A stretch of 64,000 nucleotides of DNA, taken from positions 10,664,001-10,728,000 of the forward strand of contig JBHGNT010000015.1 in the NCBI GenBank assembly GCA_043228905.1, read 5' to 3'. This stretch comes from Azolla caroliniana (taxonomy: Eukaryota > Plantae > Polypodiophyta). The notes under the pieces were generated by a model. The model saw only the letters and a program-made list of their open reading frames with translations, was not told where the DNA came from and searched no databases. Shown here piece after piece: positions 1-11,621 of the stretch; within the stretch, counting starts at the first letter, position 1, and every line of letters begins with the position of its first letter. The position numbers and the translations under genes are program-made.

Positions 1-472
1 GGAAGTGATGCTCAAAATTTACCGATGTGAGACATGCGCCTCAGTGGTCACGTTCTTCAACTGTCGACGGGGATTGCACAAGCGACGCACGCGTGGATTC
101 ACGTCTCGGCCAGTGCTCAAGGATTGTGCGAGCGTGTTGGTTGTACATGGACATCGCATCGGTGTTTCCCTCCTTTGTTATTCTACAGCTTCGGCAACCC
201 ATCGCCATTAACGCACGGTTCTACGTCACGACGCGCATGGTTTCTCCCCAGCCGTTGTACTTAAATTAATTACAAGAAGGAGACGGTAGGTGAGGTTGGA
301 GCGTGTGTTGTGTGATCTATAGATATGAACGGAAACGGGAAGGGGCTAAAACATGGACGAGGTTAAAGTGAACCACTAATAGCGAGTGGGTAGATTGACG
401 TGAGAGGATGGTGGCGCGATGACGGTTGTGCGTGCGTGCGTGTCATGGTGAATACAGGCGCGGGATAAGAAC

Positions 473-512
473 GTCCCACATACAGAGGATGCAGAGCAAG
501 GGGGCTATAAAA
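473..512 (+). promoter_or_regulatory. U1 snRNA promoter: USE GTCCCACATAC (473-483) + TATAAAA (506-512); present in every unit
   Basis: Matches the plant snRNA upstream sequence element consensus RTCCCACATCG. USE at -65 and TATA at -32 relative to U1 +1. Confidence 0.9.
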
Positions 513-537
513 CGGGAGCGTTGCGCTAAGCCAAAGC

Positions 538-699
538 ATACTTACCTGGGCGGGGTCAATCGGTGATCAAGAAGGCCGATGGCTTAGGGCCGGTGCCTCC
601 ATTGCACCACCGGAGGGACTGCTTGCCCTAGCATCTCCCCAAGCGGGAGAGTGCACGTCATAATTTGTGACAGCAGGGGCTCGCGTTCGCGCGGCCCCC
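538..699 (+). ncRNA. U1: U1 spliceosomal snRNA (copy 1)
   Basis: 5' ATACTTACCTGG; SL1 loop GATCAAGAAG (U1-70K site); SL2 loop CATTGCAC (U1A site); Sm site AATTTGTG; SL4 CGCG-TTCG-CGCG; ~162 nt. Confidence 0.98.
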
Positions 700-716
700 A
701 TCTCAATCCAGTGATA
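699..716 (+). terminator. U1 3' box-like element CA-N9-AGTGATA (every unit)
   Basis: Resembles the plant Pol II snRNA 3' box CA(N)3-10AGTNNAA and lies immediately after SL4. Confidence 0.6.
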
Positions 717-819
717 TCAAGTCGGCCACGTTTGGCGGAAGCATTGGTCGCTCATGGCGGATTCGTCTCAAATGATGCGCTTATGCTTGATCGTCAAGTT
801 GGCCATGTTTGGCGGAAGC
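717..819 (+). repeat. Degenerate direct repeat downstream of U1 (717-742 vs 794-819), in every unit
   Basis: TCAAGTCGGCCACGTTTGGCGGAAGC vs TCAAGTTGGCCATGTTTGGCGGAAGC, 24/26 identical, period 77. Confidence 0.8.
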
Positions 820-1431
820 GTCGGTTGCGCTAAGAGTCCCTCGGCATTTTGCTTGGCGGAGGCATCTTATTTTTTGGTGGCTTCCCTCGGCCATGCATGT
901 TATGCATAATGATTTGGAGGAAGCACCTGTTGCTTTCACATTTTAAATACATTTTCACCTGCTCGGTAGATCAAAATATGGTTTCAGACACCCAACACAA
1001 CACAGATTTCCACTACCCTGAGAAATGAGAGGAGCATAAAGAGCCATCAAGCGGAGATATACACGTATAGGATATACACATGTCATAGGTCGGAGGTGGC
1101 ACATGGCGTATCCATGGTAAGAGTGAAGAGAATTGTGAGTGGATACACGCGACGAGCTGCACACGCGTCGATGTAAAATCTAGTTCACTTCTGTGCCTTG
1201 GGCGCCAGGACCACGAGAGACCACATACGTACGCCTAACGGCCATAGGCGGACGCCCGCCGCATCCTCCATTTATCTTCTCTCCCATTCCAATAGTGTTC
1301 TTCTTTAGCCCGGGCATCGGTGTGGTCGGTTTCTCTACGACGCTCACCATGCGTTGAAAGCCTTCCGTTCTAGTACCTAAAGAAATATTTGGGAAAAGAT
1401 AGATATGCATAAATCTAGAACGTTCATCCAC

Positions 1432-1533
1432 GTGACATCGTCCTTCATATTATCATTAGAAGCGGGAGGCGCCTATGTAACATCTTCCTTCAGTTTTATT
1501 ATCATTGTAGAATGAGGGCGCGCCTATGTGACC
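1432..1533 (-). repeat. Local tandem duplication (45 and 51 bp) of the U2 3' end and 3' box region, in every unit
   Basis: GTGACATCGTCCTTCATATTATCATTAGAAGCGGGAGGCGCCTAT (1432-1476) vs GTAACATCTTCCTTCAGTTTTATTATCATTGTAGAATGAGGGCGCGCCTAT (1477-1527), followed by GTGACC. Confidence 0.8.
1500..1514 (-). terminator. U2 3' box-like element CA-N6-AATGATA (every unit)
   Basis: Minus strand CATTCTACAATGATA directly follows the U2 terminal stem; same ARTGATA core as after U1. Confidence 0.55.
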
Positions 1534-1719
1534 TCAACGTCAGTGCAAGGCTGAGGCGACGCACGCAACTCCCAAAAGCAGCAAGCTGCCTCGAGCGGGA
1601 GCTGGCCCCATGAAAGAAATTAGGTTAATATCGTGCGGCCTGATAGGCCGCGTATCAGATATTAAACTGATAAGAACAGATACTACACTTGATCTTAGCC
1701 AAAAGGCCGAGAAAGGTAT
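1516..1719 (-). ncRNA. U2: U2 spliceosomal snRNA (copy 1)
   Basis: Minus strand ATACCTTTCTCGGCCTTTTGGCTAAGATCAAGTGTAGTATCTGTTCTTATCAGTTTAATATCTGATA is the plant U2 5' end with branch-point recognition GTAGTA. SL IIb, SL III and SL IV (loop CTTGCACTGAC) follow. 3' end approximate. Confidence 0.98.
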
Positions 1720-1745
1720 GAGTTCTCTTGAAGCCCCGATTTGCT

Positions 1746-1785
1746 TCTTATAGGCTGCACCCTAACATGCCTCCCCATGTGGGAT
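1746..1785 (-). promoter_or_regulatory. U2 snRNA promoter: USE ATCCCACATGG (1785-1775) + TATAAGA (1752-1746); present in every unit
   Basis: USE consensus match at -66 and TATA at -33 relative to U2 +1 (1719). Confidence 0.9.
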
Positions 1786-3838
1786 ATACGTATAATCATC
1801 TCAACATTTAAGCAAACTTTGGTCCTCTCATTGCATCGAAACCACCTTAGCCAATCCTAGGGACCACATTTGACACTTGTTGTTTTGGTTGTAGCCACCT
1901 TATTATCCATCCCTATACCAAGTCGGGATATACATACTCTCCCATCGCCAGGTGCACCTTATAGGTGCGATTCGTTATTGGTGGTTATAAGCCCCCATAT
2001 CTGAACCAAACGAACGTTCACGAAATCGTGTGAGCTTCCCGAATCGAACGAGAGTTGTAATGGAGATCCACCCGTTTGCACGTAGTAAATCATTAGGCCC
2101 CACTGCATGTCGAGGGAAAGAGCATTTACAATTACTTGAACGACCGACGCGCATAAACCTCAAGGAAATATGTTCCGCATCGTTGCAGCTAGGTAGCTAC
2201 GTTCTCGCGTTACCCAACCTCAAGTCTCGTCATGACAACGGCACACACTAACGAGCAACCTAATGGCCACGCCGACACGCGCCCTCTTCTCCGCATTGAA
2301 GCTAGTGTGGCCCGTCACATGGTTATTTCATGACCAATGCGTTTCACAATGATGGTCTCGTGACGCCCCCCTAATCAAGTAACGAACGGGGGAGACTCGA
2401 TGCGGGATTCGTAAGGGCGGCCCAATGAGAAGTTGGTCTAACCCTAATTCCCCTTAAATGGATGGGGAATGGGCGCGCGCCCATTTCTAAGGCAACATAC
2501 ACACCGTGGCCATGCTTTGCGAAATTTTTACATATGGCACAATCGGGGCGACCGAGGGTAGTAGCACTAATTTCGTTAAATAAGGATGGTCACCGCACCT
2601 TCCCCACAGAAATGCGAGGACGGGCACCGCGACCCTAAACCCCGAAACACACACCATCATACATAGGATACCGATATCGTATAACGAATTCCGAACACGC
2701 ACACTACATGTATGGGACATGTATAACATCGCATAGGCATACACGCGATCCCATCCACATGCGTACATAAACGGACCTTAAACAAAGACGCAATCCAATG
2801 ACGATGTAATCGAGACGCGTGATCAACGCCTTTGGCCTCTACGGACACTCGACGATCGGGGGAGTATATGAAACAGGAGGTTTGAGGCATTGACCCGATA
2901 CACGTATGACACAACATCTCCTATCGAACATGTACTATATATGGATTTCGAATAACGGAGTGGATAGTGTAATACGTAATGTAGGCGTAAACCTCACAAG
3001 CAATACATTTAACACGCATACGGTTTCTACGCATAAAGTATGACCAAGACAACATGATCTAACGATCTATACGTCAAAATAGTGACTTCAACATGTACAA
3101 GCAAGGGAGAAGACGATAAAGCACATGAAGAACATCCCTGATGTATCTCAAGGTTTGTGTTGTTGCTATTTCCGTGCTTCGTCTTATATTTCCTCCGGCC
3201 TTGCAACGCACGACCTGAAGTTCTTGCTCCCGACGTTCCAAACTTTTAGAAAGCGTTGTATCTCCTCCTCATATTTGCGCAAATTGTGCGCTTGGGAGAC
3301 GGGAAGTGATGCTCAAAATTTACCGATGTGAGACATGCGCCTCAGTGGTCACGTTCTTCAACTGTCGACGGGGATTGCACAAGCGACGCACGCGTGGATT
3401 CACGTCTCGGCCAGTGCTCAAGGATTGTGCGAGCGTGTTGGTTGTACATGGACATCGCATCGGTGTTTCCCTCCTTTGTTATTCTACAGCTTCGGCAACC
3501 CATCGCCATTAACGCACGGTTCTACGTCACGACGCGCATGGTTTCTCCCCAGCCGTTGTACTTAAATTAATTACAAGAAGGAGACGGTAGGTGAGGTTGG
3601 AGCGTGTGTTGTGTGATCTATAGATATGAACGGAAACGGGAAGGGGCTAAAACATGGACGAGGTTAAAGTGAACCACTAATAGCGAGTGGGTAGATTGAC
3701 GTGAGAGGATGGTGGCGCGATGACGGTTGTGCGTGCGTGCGTGTCATGGTGAATACAGGCGCGGGATAAGAACGTCCCACATACAGAGGATGCAGAGCAA
3801 GGGGGCTATAAAACGGGAGCGTTGCGCTAAGCCAAAGC

Positions 3839-4000
3839 ATACTTACCTGGGCGGGGTCAATCGGTGATCAAGAAGGCCGATGGCTTAGGGCCGGTGCCTC
3901 CATTGCACCACCGGAGGGACTGCTTGCCCTAGCATCTCCCCAAGCGGGAGAGTGCACGTCATAATTTGTGACAGCAGGGGCTCGCGTTCGCGCGGCCCCC
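3839..4000 (+). ncRNA. U1: U1 snRNA (copy 2)
   Basis: Same sequence as copy 1. Confidence 0.98.
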
Positions 4001-4816
4001 ATCTCAATCCAGTGATATCAAGTCGGCCACGTTTGGCGGAAGCATTGGTCGCTCATGGCGGATTCGTCTCAAATGATGCGCTTATGCTTGATCGTCAAGT
4101 TGGCCATGTTTGGCGGAAGCGTCGGTTGCGCTAAGAGTCCCTCGGCATTTTGCTTGGCGGAGGCATCTTATTTTTTGGTGGCTTCCCTCGGCCATGCATG
4201 TTATGCATAATGATTTGGAGGAAGCACCTGTTGCTTTCACATTTTAAATACATTTTCACCTGCTCGGTAGATCAAAATATGGTTTCAGACACCCAACACA
4301 ACACAGATTTCCACTACCCTGAGAAATGAGAGGAGCATAAAGAGCCATCAAGCGGAGATATACACGTATAGGATATACACATGTCATAGGTCGGAGGTGG
4401 CACATGGCGTATCCATGGTAAGAGTGAAGAGAATTGTGAGTGGATACACGCGACGAGCTGCACACGCGTCGATGTAAAATCTAGTTCACTTCTGTGCCTT
4501 GGGCGCCAGGACCACGAGAGACCACATACGTACGCCTAACGGCCATAGGCGGACGCCCGCCGCATCCTCCATTTATCTTCTCTCCCATTCCAATAGTGTT
4601 CTTCTTTAGCCCGGGCATCGGTGTGGTCGGTTTCTCTACGACGCTCACCATGCGTTGAAAGCCTTCCGTTCTAGTACCTAAAGAAATATTTGGGAAAAGA
4701 TAGATATGCATAAATCTAGAACGTTCATCCACGTGACATCGTCCTTCATATTATCATTAGAAGCGGGAGGCGCCTATGTAACATCTTCCTTCAGTTTTAT
4801 TATCATTGTAGAATGA

Positions 4817-5020
4817 GGGCGCGCCTATGTGACCTCAACGTCAGTGCAAGGCTGAGGCGACGCACGCAACTCCCAAAAGCAGCAAGCTGCCTCGAGCGGG
4901 AGCTGGCCCCATGAAAGAAATTAGGTTAATATCGTGCGGCCTGATAGGCCGCGTATCAGATATTAAACTGATAAGAACAGATACTACACTTGATCTTAGC
5001 CAAAAGGCCGAGAAAGGTAT
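4817..5020 (-). ncRNA. U2: U2 snRNA (copy 2)
   Basis: Same sequence as copy 1. Confidence 0.98.
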
Positions 5021-7139
5021 GAGTTCTCTTGAAGCCCCGATTTGCTTCTTATAGGCTGCACCCTAACATGCCTCCCCATGTGGGATATACGTATAATCAT
5101 CTCAACATTTAAGCAAACTTTGGTCCTCTCATTGCATCGAAACCACCTTAGCCAATCCTAGGGACCACATTTGACACTTGTTGTTTTGGTTGTAGCCACC
5201 TTATTATCCATCCCTATACCAAGTCGGGATATACATACTCTCCCATCGCCAGGTGCACCTTATAGGTGCGATTCGTTATTGGTGGTTATAAGCCCCCATA
5301 TCTGAACCAAACGAACGTTCACGAAATCGTGTGAGCTTCCCGAATCGAACGAGAGTTGTAATGGAGATCCACCCGTTTGCACGTAGTAAATCATTAGGCC
5401 CCACTGCATGTCGAGGGAAAGAGCATTTACAATTACTTGAACGACCGACGCGCATAAACCTCAAGGAAATATGTTCCGCATCGTTGCAGCTAGGTAGCTA
5501 CGTTCTCGCGTTACCCAACCTCAAGTCTCGTCATGACAACGGCACACACTAACGAGCAACCTAATGGCCACGCCGACACGCGCCCTCTTCTCCGCATTGA
5601 AGCTAGTGTGGCCCGTCACATGGTTATTTCATGACCAATGCGTTTCACAATGATGGTCTCGTGACGCCCCCCTAATCAAGTAACGAACCGGGGAGACTCG
5701 ATGCGGGATTCGTAAGGGCGGCCCAATGAGAAGTTGGTCTAACCCTAATTCCCCTTAAATGGATGGGGAATGGGCGCGCGCCCATTTCTAAGGCAACATA
5801 CACACCGTGGCCATGCTTTGCGAAATTTTTACATATGGCACAATCGGGGCGACCGAGGGTAGTAGCACTAATTTCGTTAAATAAGGATGGTCACCGCACC
5901 TTCCCCACAGAAATGCGAGGACGGGCACCGCGACCCTAAACCCCGAAACACACACCATCATACATAGGATACCGATATCGTATAACGAATTCCGAACACG
6001 CACACTACATGTATGGGACATGTATAACATCGCATAGGCATACACGCGATCCCATCCACATGCGTACATAAACGGACCTTAAACAAAGACGCAATCCAAT
6101 GACGATGTAATCGAGACGCGTGATCAACGCCTTTGGCCTCTACGGACACTCGACGATCGGGGGAGTATATGAAACAGGAGGTTTGAGGCATTGACCCGAT
6201 ACACGTATGACACAACATCTCCTATCGAACATGTACTATATATGGATTTCGAATAACGGAGTGGATAGTGTAATACGTAATGTAGGCGTAAACCTCACAA
6301 GCAATACATTTAACACGCATACGGTTTCTACGCATAAAGTATGACCAAGACAACATGATCTAACGATCTATACGTCAAAATAGTGACTTCAACATGTACA
6401 AGCAAGGGAGAAGACGATAAAGCACATGAAGAACATCCCTGATGTATCTCAAGGTTTGTGTTGTTGCTATTTCCGTGCTTCGTCTTATATTTCCTCCGGC
6501 CTTGCAACGCACGACCTGAAGTTCTTGCTCCCGACGTTCCAAACTTTTAGAAAGCGTTGTATCTCCTCCTCATATTTGCGCAAATTGTGCGCTTGGGAGA
6601 CGGGAAGTGATGCTCAAAATTTACCGATGTGAGACATGCGCCTCAGTGGTCACGTTCTTCAACTGTCGACGGGGATTGCACAAGCGACGCACGCGTGGAT
6701 TCACGTCTCGGCCAGTGCTCAAGGATTGTGCGAGCGTGTTGGTTGTACATGGACATCGCATCGGTGTTTCCCTCCTTTGTTATTCTACAGCTTCGGCAAC
6801 CCATCGCCATTAACGCACGGTTCTACGTCACGACGCGCATGGTTTCTCCCCAGCCGTTGTACTTAAATTAATTACAAGAAGGAGACGGTAGGTGAGGTTG
6901 GAGCGTGTGTTGTGTGATCTATAGATATGAACGGAAACGGGAAGGGGCTAAAACATGGACGAGGTTAAAGTGAACCACTAATAGCGAGTGGGTAGATTGA
7001 CGTGAGAGGATGGTGGCGCGATGACGGTTGTGCGTGCGTGCGTGTCATGGTGAATACAGGCGCGGGATAAGAACGTCCCACATACAGAGGATGCAGAGCA
7101 AGGGGGCTATAAAACGGGAGCGTTGCGCTAAGCCAAAGC

Positions 7140-7301
7140 ATACTTACCTGGGCGGGGTCAATCGGTGATCAAGAAGGCCGATGGCTTAGGGCCGGTGCCT
7201 CCATTGCACCACCGGAGGGACTGCTTGCCCTAGCATCTCCCCAAGCGGGAGAGTGCACGTCATAATTTGTGACAGCAGGGGCTCGCGTTCGCGCGGCCCC
7301 C
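7140..7301 (+). ncRNA. U1: U1 snRNA (copy 3)
   Basis: Same sequence as copy 1. Confidence 0.98.
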
Positions 7302-8117
7302 ATCTCAATCCAGTGATATCAAGTCGGCCACGTTTGGCGGAAGCATTGGTCGCTCATGGCGGATTCGTCTCAAATGATGCGCTTATGCTTGATCGTCAAG
7401 TTGGCCATGTTTGGCGGAAGCGTCGGTTGCGCTAAGAGTCCCTCGGCATTTTGCTTGGCGGAGGCATCTTATTTTTTGGTGGCTTCCCTCGGCCATGCAT
7501 GTTATGCATAATGATTTGGAGGAAGCACCTGTTGCTTTCACATTTTAAATACATTTTCACCTGCTCGGTAGATCAAAATATGGTTTCAGACACCCAACAC
7601 AACACAGATTTCCACTACCCTGAGAAATGAGAGGAGCATAAAGAGCCATCAAGCGGAGATATACACGTATAGGATATACACATGTCATAGGTCGGAGGTG
7701 GCACATGGCGTATCCATGGTAAGAGTGAAGAGAATTGTGAGTGGATACACGCGACGAGCTGCACACGCGTCGATGTAAAATCTAGTTCACTTCTGTGCCT
7801 TGGGCGCCAGGACCACGAGAGACCACATACGTACGCCTAACGGCCATAGGCGGACGCCCGCCGCATCCTCCATTTATCTTCTCTCCCATTCCAATAGTGT
7901 TCTTCTTTAGCCCGGGCATCGGTGTGGTCGGTTTCTCTACGACGCTCACCATGCGTTGAAAGCCTTCCGTTCTAGTACCTAAAGAAATATTTGGGAAAAG
8001 ATAGATATGCATAAATCTAGAACGTTCATCCACGTGACATCGTCCTTCATATTATCATTAGAAGCGGGAGGCGCCTATGTAACATCTTCCTTCAGTTTTA
8101 TTATCATTGTAGAATGA

Positions 8118-8321
8118 GGGCGCGCCTATGTGACCTCAACGTCAGTGCAAGGCTGAGGCGACGCACGCAACTCCCAAAAGCAGCAAGCTGCCTCGAGCGG
8201 GATCTGGCCCCATGAAAGAAATTAGGTTAATATCGTGCGGCCTGATAGGCCGCGTATCAGATATTAAACTGATAAGAACAGATACTACACTTGATCTTAG
8301 CCAAAAGGCCAAGAAAGGTAT
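8118..8321 (-). ncRNA. U2: U2 snRNA (copy 3; variant C11U, C119A)
   Basis: As copy 1 except + strand G>A at 8311 and G>T at 8203. Confidence 0.96.
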
Positions 8322-10440
8322 GAGTTCTCTTGAAGCCCCGATTTGCTTCTTATAGGCTGCACCCTAACATGCCTCCCCATGTGGGATATACGTATAATCA
8401 TCTCAACATTTAAGCAAACTTTGGTCCTCTCATTGCATCGAAACCACCTTAGCCAATCCTAGGGACCACATTTGACACTTGTTGTTTTGGTTGTAGCCAC
8501 CTTATTATCCATCCCTATACCAAGTCGGGATATACATACTCTCCCATCGCCAGGTGCACCTTATAGGTGCGATTCGTTATTGGTGGTTATAAGCCCCCAT
8601 ATCTGAACCAAACGAACGTTCACGAAATCGTGTGAGCTTCCCGAATCGAACGAGAGTTGTAATGGAGATCCACCCGTTTGCACGTAGTAAATCATTAGGC
8701 CCCACTGCATGTCGAGGGAAAGAGCATTTACAATTACTTGAACGACCGACGCGCATAAACCTCAAGGAAATATGTTCCGCATCGTTGCAGCTAGGTAGCT
8801 ACGTTCTCGCGTTACCCAACCTCAAGTCTCGTCATGACAACGGCACACACTAACGAGCAACCTAATGGCCACGCCGACACGCGCCCTCTTCTCCGCATTG
8901 AAGCTAGTGTGGCCCGTCACATGGTTATTTCATGACCAATGCGTTTCACAATGATGGTCTCGTGACGCCCCCCTAATCAAGTAACGAACCGGGGAGACTC
9001 GATGCGGGATTCGTAAGGGCGGCCCAATGAGAAGTTGGTCTAACCCTAATTCCCCTTAAATGGATGGGGAATGGGCGCGCGCCCATTTCTAAGGCAACAT
9101 ACACACCGTGGCCATGCTTTGCGAAATTTTTACATATGGCACAATCGGGGCGACCGAGGGTAGTAGCACTAATTTCGTTAAATAAGGATGGTCACCGCAC
9201 CTTCCCCACAGAAATGCGAGGACGGGCACCGCGACCCTAAACCCCGAAACACACACCATCATACATAGGATACCGATATCGTATAACGAATTCCGAACAC
9301 GCACACTACATGTATGGGACATGTATAACATCGCATAGGCATACACGCGATCCCATCCACATGCGTACATAAACGGACCTTAAACAAAGACGCAATCCAA
9401 TGACGATGTAATCGAGACGCGTGATCAACGCCTTTGGCCTCTACGGACACTCGACGATCGGGGGAGTATATGAAACAGGAGGTTTGAGGCATTGACCCGA
9501 TACACGTATGACACAACATCTCCTATCGAACATGTACTATATATGGATTTCGAATAACGGAGTGGATAGTGTAATACGTAATGTAGGCGTAAACCTCACA
9601 AGCAATACATTTAACACGCATACGGTTTCTACGCATAAAGTATGACCAAGACAACATGATCTAACGATCTATACGTCAAAATAGTGACTTCAACATGTAC
9701 AAGCAAGGGAGAAGACGATAAAGCACATGAAGAACATCCCTGATGTATCTCAAGGTTTGTGTTGTTGCTATTTCCGTGCTTCGTCTTATATTTCCTCCGG
9801 CCTTGCAACGCACGACCTGAAGTTCTTGCTCCCGACGTTCCAAACTTTTAGAAAGCGTTGTATCTCCTCCTCATATTTGCGCAAATTGTGCGCTTGGGAG
9901 ACGGGAAGTGATGCTCAAAATTTACCGATGTGAGACATGCGCCTCAGTGGTCACGTTCTTCAACTGTCGACGGGGATTGCACAAGCGACGCACGCGTGGA
10001 TTCACGTCTCGGCCAGTGCTCAAGGATTGTGCGAGCGTGTTGGTTGTACATGGACATCGCATCGGTGTTTCCCTCCTTTGTTATTCTACAGCTTCGGCAA
10101 CCCATCGCCATTAACGCACGGTTCTACGTCACGACGCGCATGGTTTCTCCCCAGCCGTTGTACTTAAATTAATTACAAGAAGGAGACGGTAGGTGAGGTT
10201 GGAGCGTGTGTTGTGTGATCTATAGATATGAACGGAAACGGGAAGGGGCTAAAACATGGACGAGGTTAAAGTGAACCACTAATAGCGAGTGGGTAGATTG
10301 ACGTGAGAGGATGGTGGCGCGATGACGGTTGTGCGTGCGTGCGTGTCATGGTGAATACAGGCGCGGGATAAGAACGTCCCACATACAGAGGATGCAGAGC
10401 AAGGGGGCTATAAAACGGGAGCGTTGCGCTAAGCCAAAGC

Positions 10441-10602
10441 ATACTTACCTGGGCGGGGTCAATCGGTGATCAAGAAGGCCGATGGCTTAGGGCCGGTGCC
10501 TCCATTGCACCACCGGAGGGACTGCTTGCCCTAGCATCTCCCCAAGCGGGAGAGTGCACGTCATAATTTGTGACAGCAGGGGCTCGCGTTCGCGCGGCCC
10601 CC
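10441..10602 (+). ncRNA. U1: U1 snRNA (copy 4)
   Basis: Same sequence as copy 1. Confidence 0.98.
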
Positions 10603-11417
10603 ATCTCAATCCAGTGATATCAAGTCGGCCACGTTTGGCGGAAGCATTGGTCGCTCATGGCGGATTCGTCTCAAATGATGCGCTTATGCTTGATCGTCAA
10701 GTTGGCCATGTTTGGCGGAAGCGTCGGTTGCGCTAAGAGTCCCTCGGCATTTTGCTTGGCGAGGCATCTTATTTTTTGGTGGCTTCCCTCGGCCATGCAT
10801 GTTATGCATAATGATTTGGAGGAAGCACCTGTTGCTTTCACATTTTAAATACATTTTCACCTGCTCGGTAGATCAAAATATGGTTTCAGACACCCAACAC
10901 AACACAGATTTCCACTACCCTGAGAAATGAGAGGAGCATAAAGAGCCATCAAGCGGAGATATACACGTATAGGATATACACATGTCATAGGTCGGAGGTG
11001 GCACATGGCGTATCCATGGTAAGAGTGAAGAGAATTGTGAGTGGATACACGCGACGAGCTGCACACGCGTCGATGTAAAATCTAGTTCACTTCTGTGCCT
11101 TGGGCGCCAGGACCACGAGAGACCACATACGTACGCCTAACGGCCATAGGCGGACGCCCGCCGCATCCTCCATTTATCTTCTCTCCCATTCCAATAGTGT
11201 TCTTCTTTAGCCCGGGCATCGGTGTGGTCGGTTTCTCTACGACGCTCACCATGCGTTGAAAGCCTTCCGTTCTAGTACGTTAAGAAATATTTGGGAAAAG
11301 ATAGATATGCATAAATCTAGAACGTTCATCCACGTGACATCGTCCTTCATATTATCATTAGAAGCGGGAGGCGCCTATGTAACATCTTCCTTCAGTTTTA
11401 TTATCATTGTAGAATGA

Positions 11418-11621
11418 GGGCGCGCCTATGTGACCTCAACGTCAGTGCAAGGCTGAGGCGACGCACGCAACTCCCAAAAGCAGCAAGCTGCCTCGAGCGG
11501 GAGCTGGCCCCATGAAAGAAATTAGGTTAATATCGTGCGGCCTGATAGGCCGCGTATCAGATATTAAACTGATAAGAACAGATACTACACTTGATCTTAG
11601 CCAAAAGGCCGAGAAAGGTAT
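11418..11621 (-). ncRNA. U2: U2 snRNA (copy 4)
   Basis: Same sequence as copy 1. Confidence 0.98.

Noticed and set aside
1920-2020. Third snRNA-type promoter (CTCCCATCG ... TATAAG)
   Set aside because: USE match is poor, spacing differs from the two real promoters, and no known RNA follows.
2128-2150. U3 box A'-like TTACTTGAAC
   Set aside because: Only a 10-nt match; no box A continuation, C/D boxes or promoter.
3271-3310. U4 snRNA-like start (TGCGCTTGGG)
   Set aside because: Similarity ends after ~10 nt; no U4 stem-loops, Sm site or USE.
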